DNA from: Adineta vaga
Taxonomy: Eukaryota; Animalia; Rotifera
DNA: 64,000 bases
Direction: 5' to 3'
Assembly: GCA_021613535.1 (NCBI GenBank)
Contig: CP075496.1
Location: 930,001-994,000 of the forward strand
Made by a program: the position numbers and the translations under genes. A model generated the notes under the pieces. It worked only from the letters and a program-made list of their open reading frames with translations. It searched no databases and had not been told where the DNA came from. Of this stretch, positions 24,690-36,359 are shown piece by piece. The first letter of the stretch is position 1. Each line of letters opens with the position of its first letter.

Positions 24690-25822
24690 CTAATCGAAAT
24701 CCATAAGCATTGATCCAGCGCCTGAACTAGATCCATTATCATCTCTATCATTTCGTCGATTATTATTATTATTATTAGTTGATGATTGATCTTCTTGTGG
24801 AAAAATATTATAATATTCGCGATTACTTGTATTATCACCATCTAATGTCACACGACAGGTTGGACATGTTCCATGCTAAAATATCACCAAATATCAAATC
24901 AAGTTCAATATCAAAGAGAAAAAGAAAGACGTTTACCATTCTCAACCATCGTGATATACAGTCTTCATGAAAATGATGTGAACAAGGGAGACGTTTTGCA
25001 TCATCATTCTCTTTAAAATCATCCATACAAATAGTACATTGTAAACTATCACCTAAACAAGTTATTTAATTGAAATTTGCTGTTTGAGAATAAGAGAAAA
25101 GTGACATACGTGCTTGTTCTGCTGTTACTTTTACTGTTGGAATAGAAGTGATACGATTCTCAGATGCTGGCGCTGGACCGCCATTTTCTCCCAATTGACT
25201 TAGAAACTAAAAGAAATAGAATAAGAAAAATAATAATGATGATGAAAGAAATTTACTTGAGTTAGAAAAGCTTCAAGATTGATTGGATCATGCATTCCCG
25301 CTCCAGCGACATTGTGCATAACACTAGAATAAGAATATATTAATACAAAATCTAATCTTAAAGATCTACTTACAAAGGAGATCGAGGACCACCGGCACCC
25401 ACTAGTGCACCACCGATTCCTTGAAGAACTGTCTGAAAAAATGTGCCCATATCTGGAGCCTCATAATCCTGTATACTATTGTTTGTAGGGTGACCACTAC
25501 CACCAATATATACCATTGTATTACCAAATGGTGACGAACCATGTATTTGTACTCGACTACTTCGATGTGGTTGATTTGCGTGTCTGGATTGTCTAGAATG
25601 TTTTTTATTCAAAAAATTGGATTTTACTTTGAAAATTAAACTTACGATGATGCTTGCCGCGAAGGAAGTTCTTCTATGAAACTGTCACGACAATGTGGGC
25701 ATTGAAAATCCTAAATAGATTAAATTATATATGAACAAGAGAGAAGATTCAAGTCTTACTGTAACATGTCCAATATGTACTTGACATTTATGACAATAAT
25801 AGTCTGTCTCAGCAGTAGCCAT
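24690..25822 (-). CDS. E3 ubiquitin ligase RNF126/RNF115-like
   Basis: N-terminal zinc ribbon YYCHKC...FQCPHCRDSFIEEL, GPAPA motif, C-terminal RING-H2 CTICMDDF...LPCSHHFHEDCISRWL.HGTCPTCR. Confidence 0.9.
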
Positions 25823-26261
25823 TATGAATAAGTCTAGAGTTTTATTTAACACTGATTGATAAAAAAATATTTACTAATCAATTTATCTACAGTTTTACAA
25901 GTAAGAAAGAATTCTTATGCAATCGTTAGAGCATGATGAAAAAGGAATATTCGAGAATGTAAAAAAACAATATTAGGAAATAACATTCTTCCCAAAAAAA
26001 AGTCAGAGGGAAATCTTGATGAGTCAAACTCAGTGTGTAGATAGCAATACAGACAGACGTGTATAAGGCACGGAAGAAGAGACGTTCGTTTGTTGATTAT
26101 GGAAGAAATTCATTTTGATTGGTGGAAAAATGAACCAATAAGTATTACAAAGACACATCGAATATATGAAAGAAATAAACAATAATATAAAAAATATTCA
26201 ACCAAGAACAATTGATTTGATCAATCAAAGATTTCGTTTGTTTTAGATTAATAAAATAAAA

Positions 26262-28367
26262 ATGAGCAGCGGCGTTGCTGCTTCGCTTCGTCGAATCTTC
26301 ATTGCTAATCAACAACATCGATTGCTTATTGTATCAACATGTTCAAGTCCTCGAAATCATCGAACATTTTCTATGCAATACAAAGATACAGAAAAGCCAC
26401 CACATCCATTTGATTATGTTAACAAAAACTATAGTAAATCAATCAAGATTTCTCAAAACAAAACGATTCTCTCGATTTTACTTTCATTTAGATTATTTTC
26501 GTCAATATTATTTAGGTGGTCATTATACATTAGCAAATATGCATGATAATACATTATTTTTTCATGTTGAATCCAATTTTGGTATTCGTCGCTCGGATTT
26601 TGTCAAACGTTTAGCAAATCATATTGGATTTTTACCAATTTCAAAACCGGATGTTGATCGAATGCATTTTATTGATGAAACTGGTACGGTTAATTCAAGA
26701 CAATTTCATAATGATTATTGTCTACCAAGAGATTATATACCTTCACCGGAAGAATGGCATTTGAATCCAAATTATCATGCAACTGTTCGTTTATTAAGAC
26801 CACTTTTACAAACAATGACTTATCAATTAAGAATGGGATTATCACACATGTTTTCAACTGGTATGAAGATAATTTTACATTCGTTTTTCACTAAATTTTG
26901 ATTTTTAGGTCAAGGAATTGTTACCGATCGATCATACTGGAGTTTCTATGCTATTCTTAATATTCTTCGTGAACATGATTTCATTAGTCAAGACAGTAAG
27001 TTTTGTCATTGAAAATTAAAGAATAATGATGTTTGTTGAGATGTCAGAGGATGTTTACATAAGAATTTCATACAAAATCATGTCCTTTGAATAAAATTAG
27101 CGACAAATAATTGACAATTAACATTCTTCACCTGAAACTATGAGAGGATGGTGTCATTTAGTAACAAAATAGTTATTCATTCTTTTTTCTTTTCCTGACT
27201 ATTTTTTATGCCATCAAAGTATGAGAATTTACTATGACAACAAGTTATTTAAGAGAGAAGAAAAAACAAATACTTTTTTCTCGAGATGTTTGCTAAGTGA
27301 ATAGACGTTTGAAAATACTTTTTTACAAAAAGAAACAATTGAAATTTTCTTTTTTCATCCGATGTGATTGTTTCAACGACATAACTCTGATGCATAGGAT
27401 TACTCTGTATTTGAAACTAATTAGTTTCATAAAGGTATTGTTAATATAATGTTCAATTATTCTTTTCAAATGATACGGAAATACTTCAATGAACGTGTTT
27501 TTGTTTGAAAAGGTTATGACTTTCTATTGGAATACAAAGTATCAATTGATTACAATTTGAAAATGCCTCGTTTGATCATCTTTATTGATAAAGATCCTCA
27601 TGCTATTTGGGAAGATTTGAAAAAAACTGGCAAAGTAAATCTGAACTTAAATAGATTTTGTATGCATTTATTTTAATGGTTTTGTTTTTAGGATTATCAT
27701 AAAGGAAGTAAAGTATATTCATTAGAGTTGCTTCAAGCAATGGATCGAATGTACAAGGAAGAATGGTTACCAAGAATGAGGTTTGTTTATTTCTTTTATT
27801 ATTACAAAAGAAAAGAAAAAGAACGAAATATATTCTCTATTCTAGTACATATTGTCACATTCTTCAATACAATGAAAATGAAATAAAAACATTGGAAGAT
27901 GTATGTATTTTATGTCTGATTTGAATTGAAGAAAATTTTCAAATTTTTCAAAAGGTTGTTTTTGATATTGAACAACTTAATTTTGATGATACAAATAAAT
28001 TTCCCGATTGGCGTTTAACAGTTGATGTGGAATTAGAACGATTTCGTGCACAGTATGTTCACACATTTGTTTCATGTATTTGCTCTTCATCTATTTCGTT
28101 GATTTAGACTTCAAGATGAACATTTTTGGACACGAATGTTTAATGTTAATCGTCTTCTCCATCTTTCCGAATGGTGGACTGAACCTAACGCACAAAAAAC
28201 TCAATTAGGTCTTATGAAATATGTATGTTCTTGTCTATCGTATTAATATCCACATCGATAATCATTTGATCATTTAGGATCCTCGATATTATTGGAAAAC
28301 AAATAATTGGGATATAAAACCATTCTTTTTTCGTCATCAAAGTTGGACTCGTTTACCATTTTATTAA
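26262..28367 (+). CDS. NDUFA10: NADH dehydrogenase 42-kDa subunit NDUFA10, multi-exon
   Basis: Mitochondrial presequence; PHPFDYVNKNY, LSHMFSTGQGIVTDRS, PRLIIFID, YKEEWLP, VVFDIEQL; last exon 28278-28367. Confidence 0.82.
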
Positions 28368-28544
28368 TCCAATATCCTTCAATTAAAAAAAGACTCGATT
28401 CTTTTCTTCTTTTTCTTTTCATCGTGTATTTATCTTTTGTCCTTCAACATATAGAACATCAACATCATTTCTCTATTAATACGAAGATCAGTTTAGTTCT
28501 TTGTTTCTTCTTTTTTTTAGATCATTTCTAATTTGATAACTAAA

Positions 28545-28996
28545 ATGGCTGATCGAAATGCACAAATTCGAGCATCGCTAAATGCCAAATTAATCGAAAG
28601 TGGTGAAAGAGAACGGTAATAGATTTACTCGTTCAATTTTTGATTTGAATTTGTTTTCTATCAATAGAATGAAACAATTATTAAGACAACGATTGATGGA
28701 ATATGGATGGAGAGATCAAATGAAAGCTTATTGTAAAGGTAAGAAATAAAGTGCAATTCGATATGATATAATTTCTGTTTCTTTAGATATTGTTAAACAA
28801 AAAGGTTTGGAAAACATTACAGTTGATGAACTTGTTCAAGAGATAACACCAAAAGGACGTGGTAAGTATTTCTTCTTTATTCAAATCTTTTATCTGATTA
28901 TTTTCATCATTCATTTTAGCACTTGTTCCTGATTCAATCAAAAAAGAAATGTTGACTGTTCTTCGTCAATATTTATCAAAACATGAAGAACTCTAA
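28545..28996 (+). CDS. ENY2: ENY2 (Sus1), copy 2
   Basis: Four exons, intact frame, same peptide as the other copies. Confidence 0.93.
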
Positions 28997-29124
28997 ATGG
29001 ATGATAATTATTCTTTTTTTGTCTTTCTGTAAATGTTGTTTGTTATTTGAAAAAAATCAATAATAAAGAAAAAAACAAAGATTTCTATATAGATAATGGA
29101 AGAAATATGAAAGTTATTTCAGAT

Positions 29125-29765
29125 ATGAGTAGTCATACAAATACAGATCAAGAAACAGAAATCTTTTCAGAGAATTTTGTATCTGCTGGTCGATATCGAG
29201 GTGGTCCTCATGGTGTTGGTTAGATGAATTTTATATTGATGAATGCTTCATTTCTTTTTAACTTACATTCCTATGTAGGTGATCCAAGTGACAAAAGTTT
29301 ACGGAAAGTTGAAATAGAAGTTTGTATACCTGGTATCATTCGAGAACGTGCACATCGAGAAAAATGTCATGATTTTATTAACGGTGAGATTAATCAAGAG
29401 AAAGAAGAAGATATCTCAATGACTCTATATTTATTTAGAATTTGGTAAATGTGGTGAGCAACATGGTGCATGGTCATTTATCAAATGTCGAAAAGAAGTC
29501 AAAGCAATGAATGAATGTTTGATGAAATGGTAAGTGAATTATATATAAATTCTATATATTTATATCTTTCTGAAGGTTTCATCATCCAGAGTTTCGTGAA
29601 GAATGTACACAAATGTATTTGGATGAACGAACACAATATCGTGAAACGGGTGTTTTGAGAAAACCTGTTCGAAGACCTTATTATATAAATCCTGAGAAAG
29701 AAAAGGAAAGAATTAAAAAGATTCGAGAAGAATATCAACGTTTAGAACATAAAGATGATCATTAG
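29125..29765 (+). CDS. CMC1: CMC1, copy 2
   Basis: Four exons, intact twin CX9C protein. Confidence 0.9.
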
Positions 29766-29817
29766 TTTATTTTTTCCTAGTTTTCTAGATTGTATTGTAT
29801 ATTAAAATAGAGATAGA

Positions 29818-30387
29818 ATGGTTCGTGTCAAACGTCGTTATTTTGTTTTTCAATTTCATTTTCATTCAACTCCAACAAGTGTCATTAAATCATCACAAAT
29901 TCATTCAACAATAGAATCAATGATTGCTCGATTATATGGTGATGTTGGTGTTGCTCATTTTATAAGAAATCTTTCCGTTATTTATTATAATTCATCAACA
30001 CATGTTGCAATTGTTCGATGTCTTCGTGATGATAAACATCTATTAAAAACAGCAGCAACATTCGTTTGTCGATTAGCAAATGATTCGAATGATTGTTCGA
30101 TTCAAACACTTCATGTTGGTGGAAGTATTCGACAATGTAAAAAGTATCTTGTGAATTATTGCATTGAACAATTACTTCAAATGAATGCAGCATCGATGAA
30201 TCAAAATCAACCAACAACACCTGAAGTATTATTTAAGAACAAGAAAAAGAAATCAAATCAACAGCAGCAGCAAAGACAACAGTTGATGGAAGTTGATCAT
30301 GATAAACAATTGGCATTGCAGAAACTTTTGTCTGATAGTCGAATAGAATCGAGTTCGATTGTTGTATCAAAAAATGAAGAATATTAA
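29818..30387 (+). CDS. POP5: POP5, copy 2
   Basis: Intronless 189-aa ORF with Pop5 motifs. Confidence 0.9.
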   Translation: MVRVKRRYFVFQFHFHSTPTSVIKSSQIHSTIESMIARLYGDVGVAHFIRNLSVIYYNSSTHVAIVRCLRDDKHLLKTAATFVCRLANDSNDCSIQTLHVGGSIRQCKKYLVNYCIEQLLQMNAASMNQNQPTTPEVLFKNKKKKSNQQQQQRQQLMEVDHDKQLALQKLLSDSRIESSSIVVSKNEEY

Positions 30388-30558
30388 ACTTGATAATAAA
30401 AGAAATAAAAAAAGAAGAAAATGTTTAGTAATTATGCGACGTGTTTAAAGAAAAGAAATGAACATACAAGTTTTTAGATGAACAACTGATAAAAGATGAA
30501 AAATGATCTTATGGGTGATTGAAAAAAGTGCAGGAAGAACACAAATTAAAGAAAAGAA

Positions 30559-31494
30559 TTACATCTTTGAAACTTTCTGTAAAAACTCGTTATGAAATGT
30601 CTTCAATTTTTGTTTGAGCTGATTATTGTTAATTTGAGATTCGGCATAATCAGCTATTGCTTGATTGATCTTTGTAGTAACTTCGTTCGACAATTTATAA
30701 TATTCATTGGCTTTTACTAGATGATCATTCTAAAACATAAAATATTAAAATGTATACGGGCAAGTTGGACATGCATGGACTGATTTTGATTGATAGAAAC
30801 TCGCTTGTCGATGTATGTACATTCTTTAACTCTCAGGTGATAGTTAAATCGATGTAAAAGAACTCTAAAAGAAGAACAACATTCTTTTATAAAAAACAAC
30901 TATATGTTTGAGTCATTCTACAAATGGCACCATTGATTTCTTTTGGATTCAAGTAAACTGAAAGAAATTTCCTTTTCATATCAAGTAATAGCAAAAGCAC
31001 CATGCCATTACTCTCATGGCACAGATACAATCTTAAACTGATATGCATTAGAAATCTTGAAAAATGATGTAACGTAAAAGGAAGAAGTGAAAATACAAAC
31101 AAATTCATATCATATTACAATAATAAAATGTCACGAACTAGCAGAAATTATACTAATACAAGAAATTTAGATAAAACAAAAGGATGTTCGAAGCTAAAAA
31201 GGCACCTTTTCTGCTATGTTACCAATACAACAATATATATTTCAATTTCTAGAATCCATCTTTACAGTTTAGGATATGTACTGATAAATTTAGGTCATTT
31301 ATCAAATCTGAATATATTCCTGTACGATTCTCATTATAAACCAATAGTAGAGTAGTTTATATTTCAAATCTTTTTCCATTCTGTTTAGTTTACCAAAAGT
31401 TCTTTATCAAACATTTTTCTCAAATACTGCATAAATATTCAAAACTAAAAAGTCTTACAGATGATGCTGAAGATGAATCAAGTTCTTCGGCCAT
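30559..31494 (-). CDS. Short 'MAEE' family gene
   Basis: Exon 31494-31459 MAEELDSSSASS|GTAAG; exon 30729-30559 NDHLVKANEY...ADYAESQINNNQLKQKL...VSKM* (56 aa). Confidence 0.55.
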
Positions 31495-32007
31495 GCTTTT
31501 TCTCGAGACAATCAATCAATCAATCAGTTGAAATATTTCTCTTAATGTTTTAAATATAAATTAACTGAACATTTCGATACTAATGCCTTTAGATGCAAAA
31601 GGAGAAGTAACTCATAAGCATTGTTCTCAACGCCATCAGACAATACTATTCTTCTTCCTCCTATTTTCTATTGATCAAAGCAGAGAATTGATCTATCTCT
31701 ATGTTGAATGCTATTGGTTAAATAGCACTTTGTGCAACATGAATAATTCTTTCTTTCTTCTTTTCTTCTTCTCAGATGATTTCAACTTTTACTACCTCCA
31801 CTGATCATAAACGTTCATTTAAAACTTTTCTACATTGTATTCATGAATCTTGATTTTCAAATTAATTAATTAAGCAAAAGTGTCGCAATTGAAAAGAAAT
31901 TTTCCGCCGATCCTCCAAGATTTCTCTCGTTTATGCATCCAAAGAAATCAAATAGTTTGATTAAAACGTCATATGATAATCTCTACTCTAGACTTATTGA
32001 ACTTACT

Positions 32008-34179
32008 CGACCAGGTGGAATAACAGTTGTTGTTTTTGTTGTTAAAAGATTAATTGATGCTGCTAATTCCTCAACATCGTTTGCTGTTATCACGTCATCA
32101 GATTGAACATTTACTGGAATTTGTGGACGATGTTGCATCTTAAAAGAGAAAAAAAATTATATATTTCATTATTTCAAATGTTTCTAATTACATGTTTGAT
32201 AGATATAGAACTCATGCCATATATTTCACACTTTCTCAATCAACTATGAACATATTTTCACTTCTGAAATTTTCTTTTCAGTTGTGACTTCGAGATCATT
32301 CAGTGAAATAAAAACTTTAGATGAAAATAGTTTTATGTCGATATTTATCAGATGAAGTCAACCATCTTTCAATACATGATAATGTTTTCATGTCATCCAA
32401 AACATACATTTTTTTCTAAATACCATTTTGTATAATCCGTCTTAATATCCGACCAATCGATGGAATGACGCTCGTATACATGTTGAAATATTGATAAAAT
32501 ATTATCATCACTATCTGATGCACTGAACGTTTTATCACATTGAAGCTGAGGATCTGATGGACATCGATATTGTATTTCTTTTGCAGACAAATTTTCTGAA
32601 TGAATCAATCATGAAAATATCAATAAATTAATAAATTCCCCTTACCATACTCTAAAAAATCGAAATTCATTGAAGATCGATTATTTCTTACTTGGTTCCA
32701 CATTTTAATAACAACAGTATTTTTCTAACAAGATTTCGTGATGTTCTTTTACGTCGAGGTTTACTTCCAGATAATCAATCTGGTTTTCGTGATGGTTTTC
32801 GTCTTCAATCTCGTTTATTATTATTCTTGGAGGATTTATATAGTCTCATGTCAAACAGTGCTCCTGTTTGTTCAATGTTTATTGATTTTCGTGCAGCCTT
32901 TGACCAAATATGGCATTGCGGCTGTGTTGGTAAACTTCGTAGAATGGATATTCCTAATTCGTATGGACTTTGGATTGATGCGTGGCTTTCAGGTAGAAGA
33001 TGTTATATCGATATTAATGGTACTAAATCTCGCTGGTTCGATATTGAAAAAGGTGGTCCTCAAGGAAGTGTTTTAACTCCTACTCTTTGCATTTCATATC
33101 ATGGTGACATGTCTCAATTTCTTGCTAGTTGTACTAGTCATTTCTTTGCGGATGATGTCGTGGTTTTACTTGCAGGTCAGCTTGGAATGCGTTACTCTAA
33201 ACAATGTCTGGATCTTGAAAAACGTGTCAATGTTTTTCTGGATAATTTGGAACTTTATTCGAGATTAGCTGATCAACCATTAAATCGTTCAAAAACTGAG
33301 GCTTTATATAGTGCTAGAGCTATTGGTCTTCCTAAATTTGATATAAAATTTGGTTGCTCTAATGGCGAAACAATAAATTGGAAGAAAGATTTTAAATATC
33401 TTGGTTATATTATTTCGTGTAAACTTGGTTGGGGGCAATTAATTAGAGATGTTCAATGTAAGGTCAGGAGACAAATTGTTCTTATTAGATCTTTTAGGCT
33501 TTTTGGTTGCTCGTCTCCGAGTCTTCGTAAAACTCTATTCTATTCACATGTGCTTCCGATTTTTACTTGGATCTACCCAGTATTTCCATTGTTTACTCGT
33601 AAACAACAAGATGATCTGTCCAATTTCTATTATGTATCACTTCGTCGTACTCTTTATTGTTTAGAATGGAATGGAAGTTTCTTTTCGTACGTTTTTGACG
33701 AATTAGCTCTAGAGAACCGATGCGCTTTATATTGGAATAGATATCTTCATGTACTCGCAGATTCTACCGATGGTACGCTATTGTTTGAAAAAGCTAATCT
33801 TGCAGAATTTCGTAAAAGTTGGTTGAATAAAGAATTTTCTATCAAAGGATTGAATAGATCGAAACGATTCGTTCCTCATCTATCTATTCTTGAAAAAGTC
33901 TTGACCTGGCTTTCGTCAGTGCCTTCTTACTCTTCAGTTCCACATTTTGATATAGATGATGTTGTACTCTTACAAATCTTTCCAGAAACATTTTGCTAAG
34001 TTAGATATAAATGTTCTCTTTCTCTGTTATGTCATTCTCCTTTGTCTCGTTTTTTTTATTTTTTCTATTTCTCCTTTTTTGTTTTTTTATATTAACATGT
34101 ACTGTTAGGATCTAACGATCACAGTTTTATCTGCATAATAAAAAAAAAAAATAACAACAGTATCGATTGGTCTTGCCAT
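32008..34179 (-). pseudogene. Unknown finger-family member disrupted by a LINE in exon 1
   Basis: MARPIDTVVI at 34179 continues after the LINE as KMWNQVRNNRSSMNFDFLEY|GTAAG (to 32646); exon 2 32595-32408 (YRCPSDPQLQC...); exon 3 ~32139-32008. Confidence 0.75.
32721..34149 (+). mobile_element. 5'-truncated non-LTR retrotransposon (RT domain, 3' UTR, poly(A)), 14-bp TSD
   Basis: Open RT ORF to 33999 (QSGFR, FIDFRAAFD, GGPQGSVLTP, FFADD, KYLG). AATAAA plus A-tail at 34137-34149. AATAACAACAGTAT at both 32707-32720 and 34150-34163. Confidence 0.95.
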
Positions 34180-34398
34180 TTCTAAAATAATAGTACAAAA
34201 TCAATCATAAGAAAACTAATTGAGACAGATATAAATAATTAAGATTAATTTCAACAAATCTTCTTTAAAATACTTATTCAAAACATACCTGATCAAAAAA
34301 GATTCGAGAAGAATATCAACGTTTAGAACATAAAGATGATCATTAGTTTATTTTTTCCTAGTTTTCTAGATTGTATTGTATATTAAAATAGAGATAGA

Positions 34399-34968
34399 AT
34401 GGTTCGTGTCAAACGTCGTTATTTTGTTTTTCAATTTCATTTTCATTCAACTCCAACAAGTGTCATTAAATCATCACAAATTCATTCAACAATAGAATCA
34501 ATGATTGCTCGATTATATGGTGATGTTGGTGTTGCTCATTTTATAAGAAATCTTTCCGTTATTTATTATAATTCATCAACACATGTTGCAATTGTTCGAT
34601 GTCTTCGTGATGATAAACATCTATTAAAAACAGCAGCAACATTCGTTTGTCGATTAGCAAATGATTCGAATGATTGTTCGATTCAAACACTTCATGTTGG
34701 TGGAAGTATTCGACAATGTAAAAAGTATCTTGTGAATTATTGCATTGAACAATTACTTCAAATGAATGCAGCATCGATGAATCAAAATCAACCAACAACA
34801 CCTGAAGTATTATTTAAGAACAAGAAAAAGAAATCAAATCAACAGCAGCAGCAAAGACAACAGTTGATGGAAGTTGATCATGATAAACAATTGGCATTGC
34901 AGAAACTTTTGTCTGATAGTCGAATAGAATCTAATTCGATTGTTGCATCTGAGTTTAATAGTGAATAA
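34399..34968 (+). CDS. POP5: POP5, copy 3 (in a ~650-bp direct duplicate starting in the CMC1 3' end at ~34297)
   Basis: Identical to copy 2 except the last ~12 codons. Confidence 0.88.
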   Translation: MVRVKRRYFVFQFHFHSTPTSVIKSSQIHSTIESMIARLYGDVGVAHFIRNLSVIYYNSSTHVAIVRCLRDDKHLLKTAATFVCRLANDSNDCSIQTLHVGGSIRQCKKYLVNYCIEQLLQMNAASMNQNQPTTPEVLFKNKKKKSNQQQQQRQQLMEVDHDKQLALQKLLSDSRIESNSIVASEFNSE

Positions 34969-35628
34969 ATAAAAGTAGCAAAAAAATGTTGTATAATGAA
35001 ACAATTTTGAAAGTAGACTATTAAACGGCATTAAAATACTTGATGAAGTGGCATGATTCTAGTTTGCTGTATTAGTAGAAGGTGATATGAAACAAAAATG
35101 AAGCTGTTCAAGAACCCAATTATATGCAATGAATGTTGAAATAATTAAAAGTGAGAACTTCTCAAAGAAGTCTTCTTTAAATGAATTCGCGTCAAGTTGT
35201 GTGAATGAAGTTGTACTTTTGTGAATAATACGTGTGATTAGGTAATTATGCTTAAAATTAAATATAATCAAAAAGATGTCAAAAGAAATATTTGATATTC
35301 ATTGGTCTAACTTTAAATCTAATTTAGTTTAAAACGAGTTCAGCTCTATACGAGTTCGAAAAAGTTTAGTATTGGATTTTAACCAAATCTCTTGTGAATC
35401 TGATGAAATATGTGCATCAAATTCCTGGTATGTTTTTTTCACAGAGAATATACAGATCCGACCAGAGACTTTGCCGTCGCGTATGCACAGAAGCAAATGA
35501 TAAAATCAGTTTTTTTTCTATGAAAAATTTAGTAGAAACAGAAGTAGAAGAAAATTACGAGAATAAACAACATAAGGAAATAGATAACAACAGCGACAAC
35601 AATTGAAAAAGTACATGAGCAATGACGT

Positions 35629-36223
35629 TTACATTTGTTCAACATTTTTTATATAAGCATGATTTAAAGATTTAATTTTGCTTTTTAATTGTTCATGATT
35701 TATTTTGTTTTGATCATACTCATCGATTGTTGATTGAACTTGTTGTGTTAATTGAATTAGTAGCTTTTGATGACCGTAGAGAGTTGATATTTTATCCTAA
35801 AAATCAAAATCAAAATCATAAGAATTAAATTGTTATTGACAAGCAAGATTTTAGCAAAATCTTTACGAAGATAATTTCATTTCTTTTTGAAAAAGTATAT
35901 ACTAAACACATCTTATCTTTTCGCACAACAGATCTTGAACAGATCTATTTATAGATATCAAGTCAGCTTCTGTGTAATTATAAACATCTATTGAACAAGT
36001 AATGATAGGCAGCCAATGAAAACTCGCACAAGCGAAGTAGCATTCCAAGCATAAACTGCTGGAATTATAATTGTAAAAAAACGCTGATTATATAAAGAGC
36101 TGTATATCTCGAAGTATTCTTCTATGGTATTATTTTAAGTTGGAATACAATTCTTCATTTTTCATACAAAGAAACAAAAATTCTTACAGATGAAGAAGAT
36201 AATTGATCAGATTCTTCTGCCAT
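35629..36223 (-). CDS. Short 'MAEE' family gene
   Basis: Exon 36223-36188 MAEESDQLSSSS|GTAAG; exon 35796-35629 DKISTLYGHQ...DEYDQNKINHEQLKSKI...VEQM* (55 aa). Confidence 0.55.
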
Positions 36224-36359
36224 ATGTTGTTGATAAAGAAAATTAACTACTCAAGTTGCCCTATTTCTATCTATGTTAGAAAACTAAAGCAATGAATGAT
36301 GATACACTATGGTACTTGAAAACAAGATGCAAAATAGATCACAAGCATTGTTCGCAATA

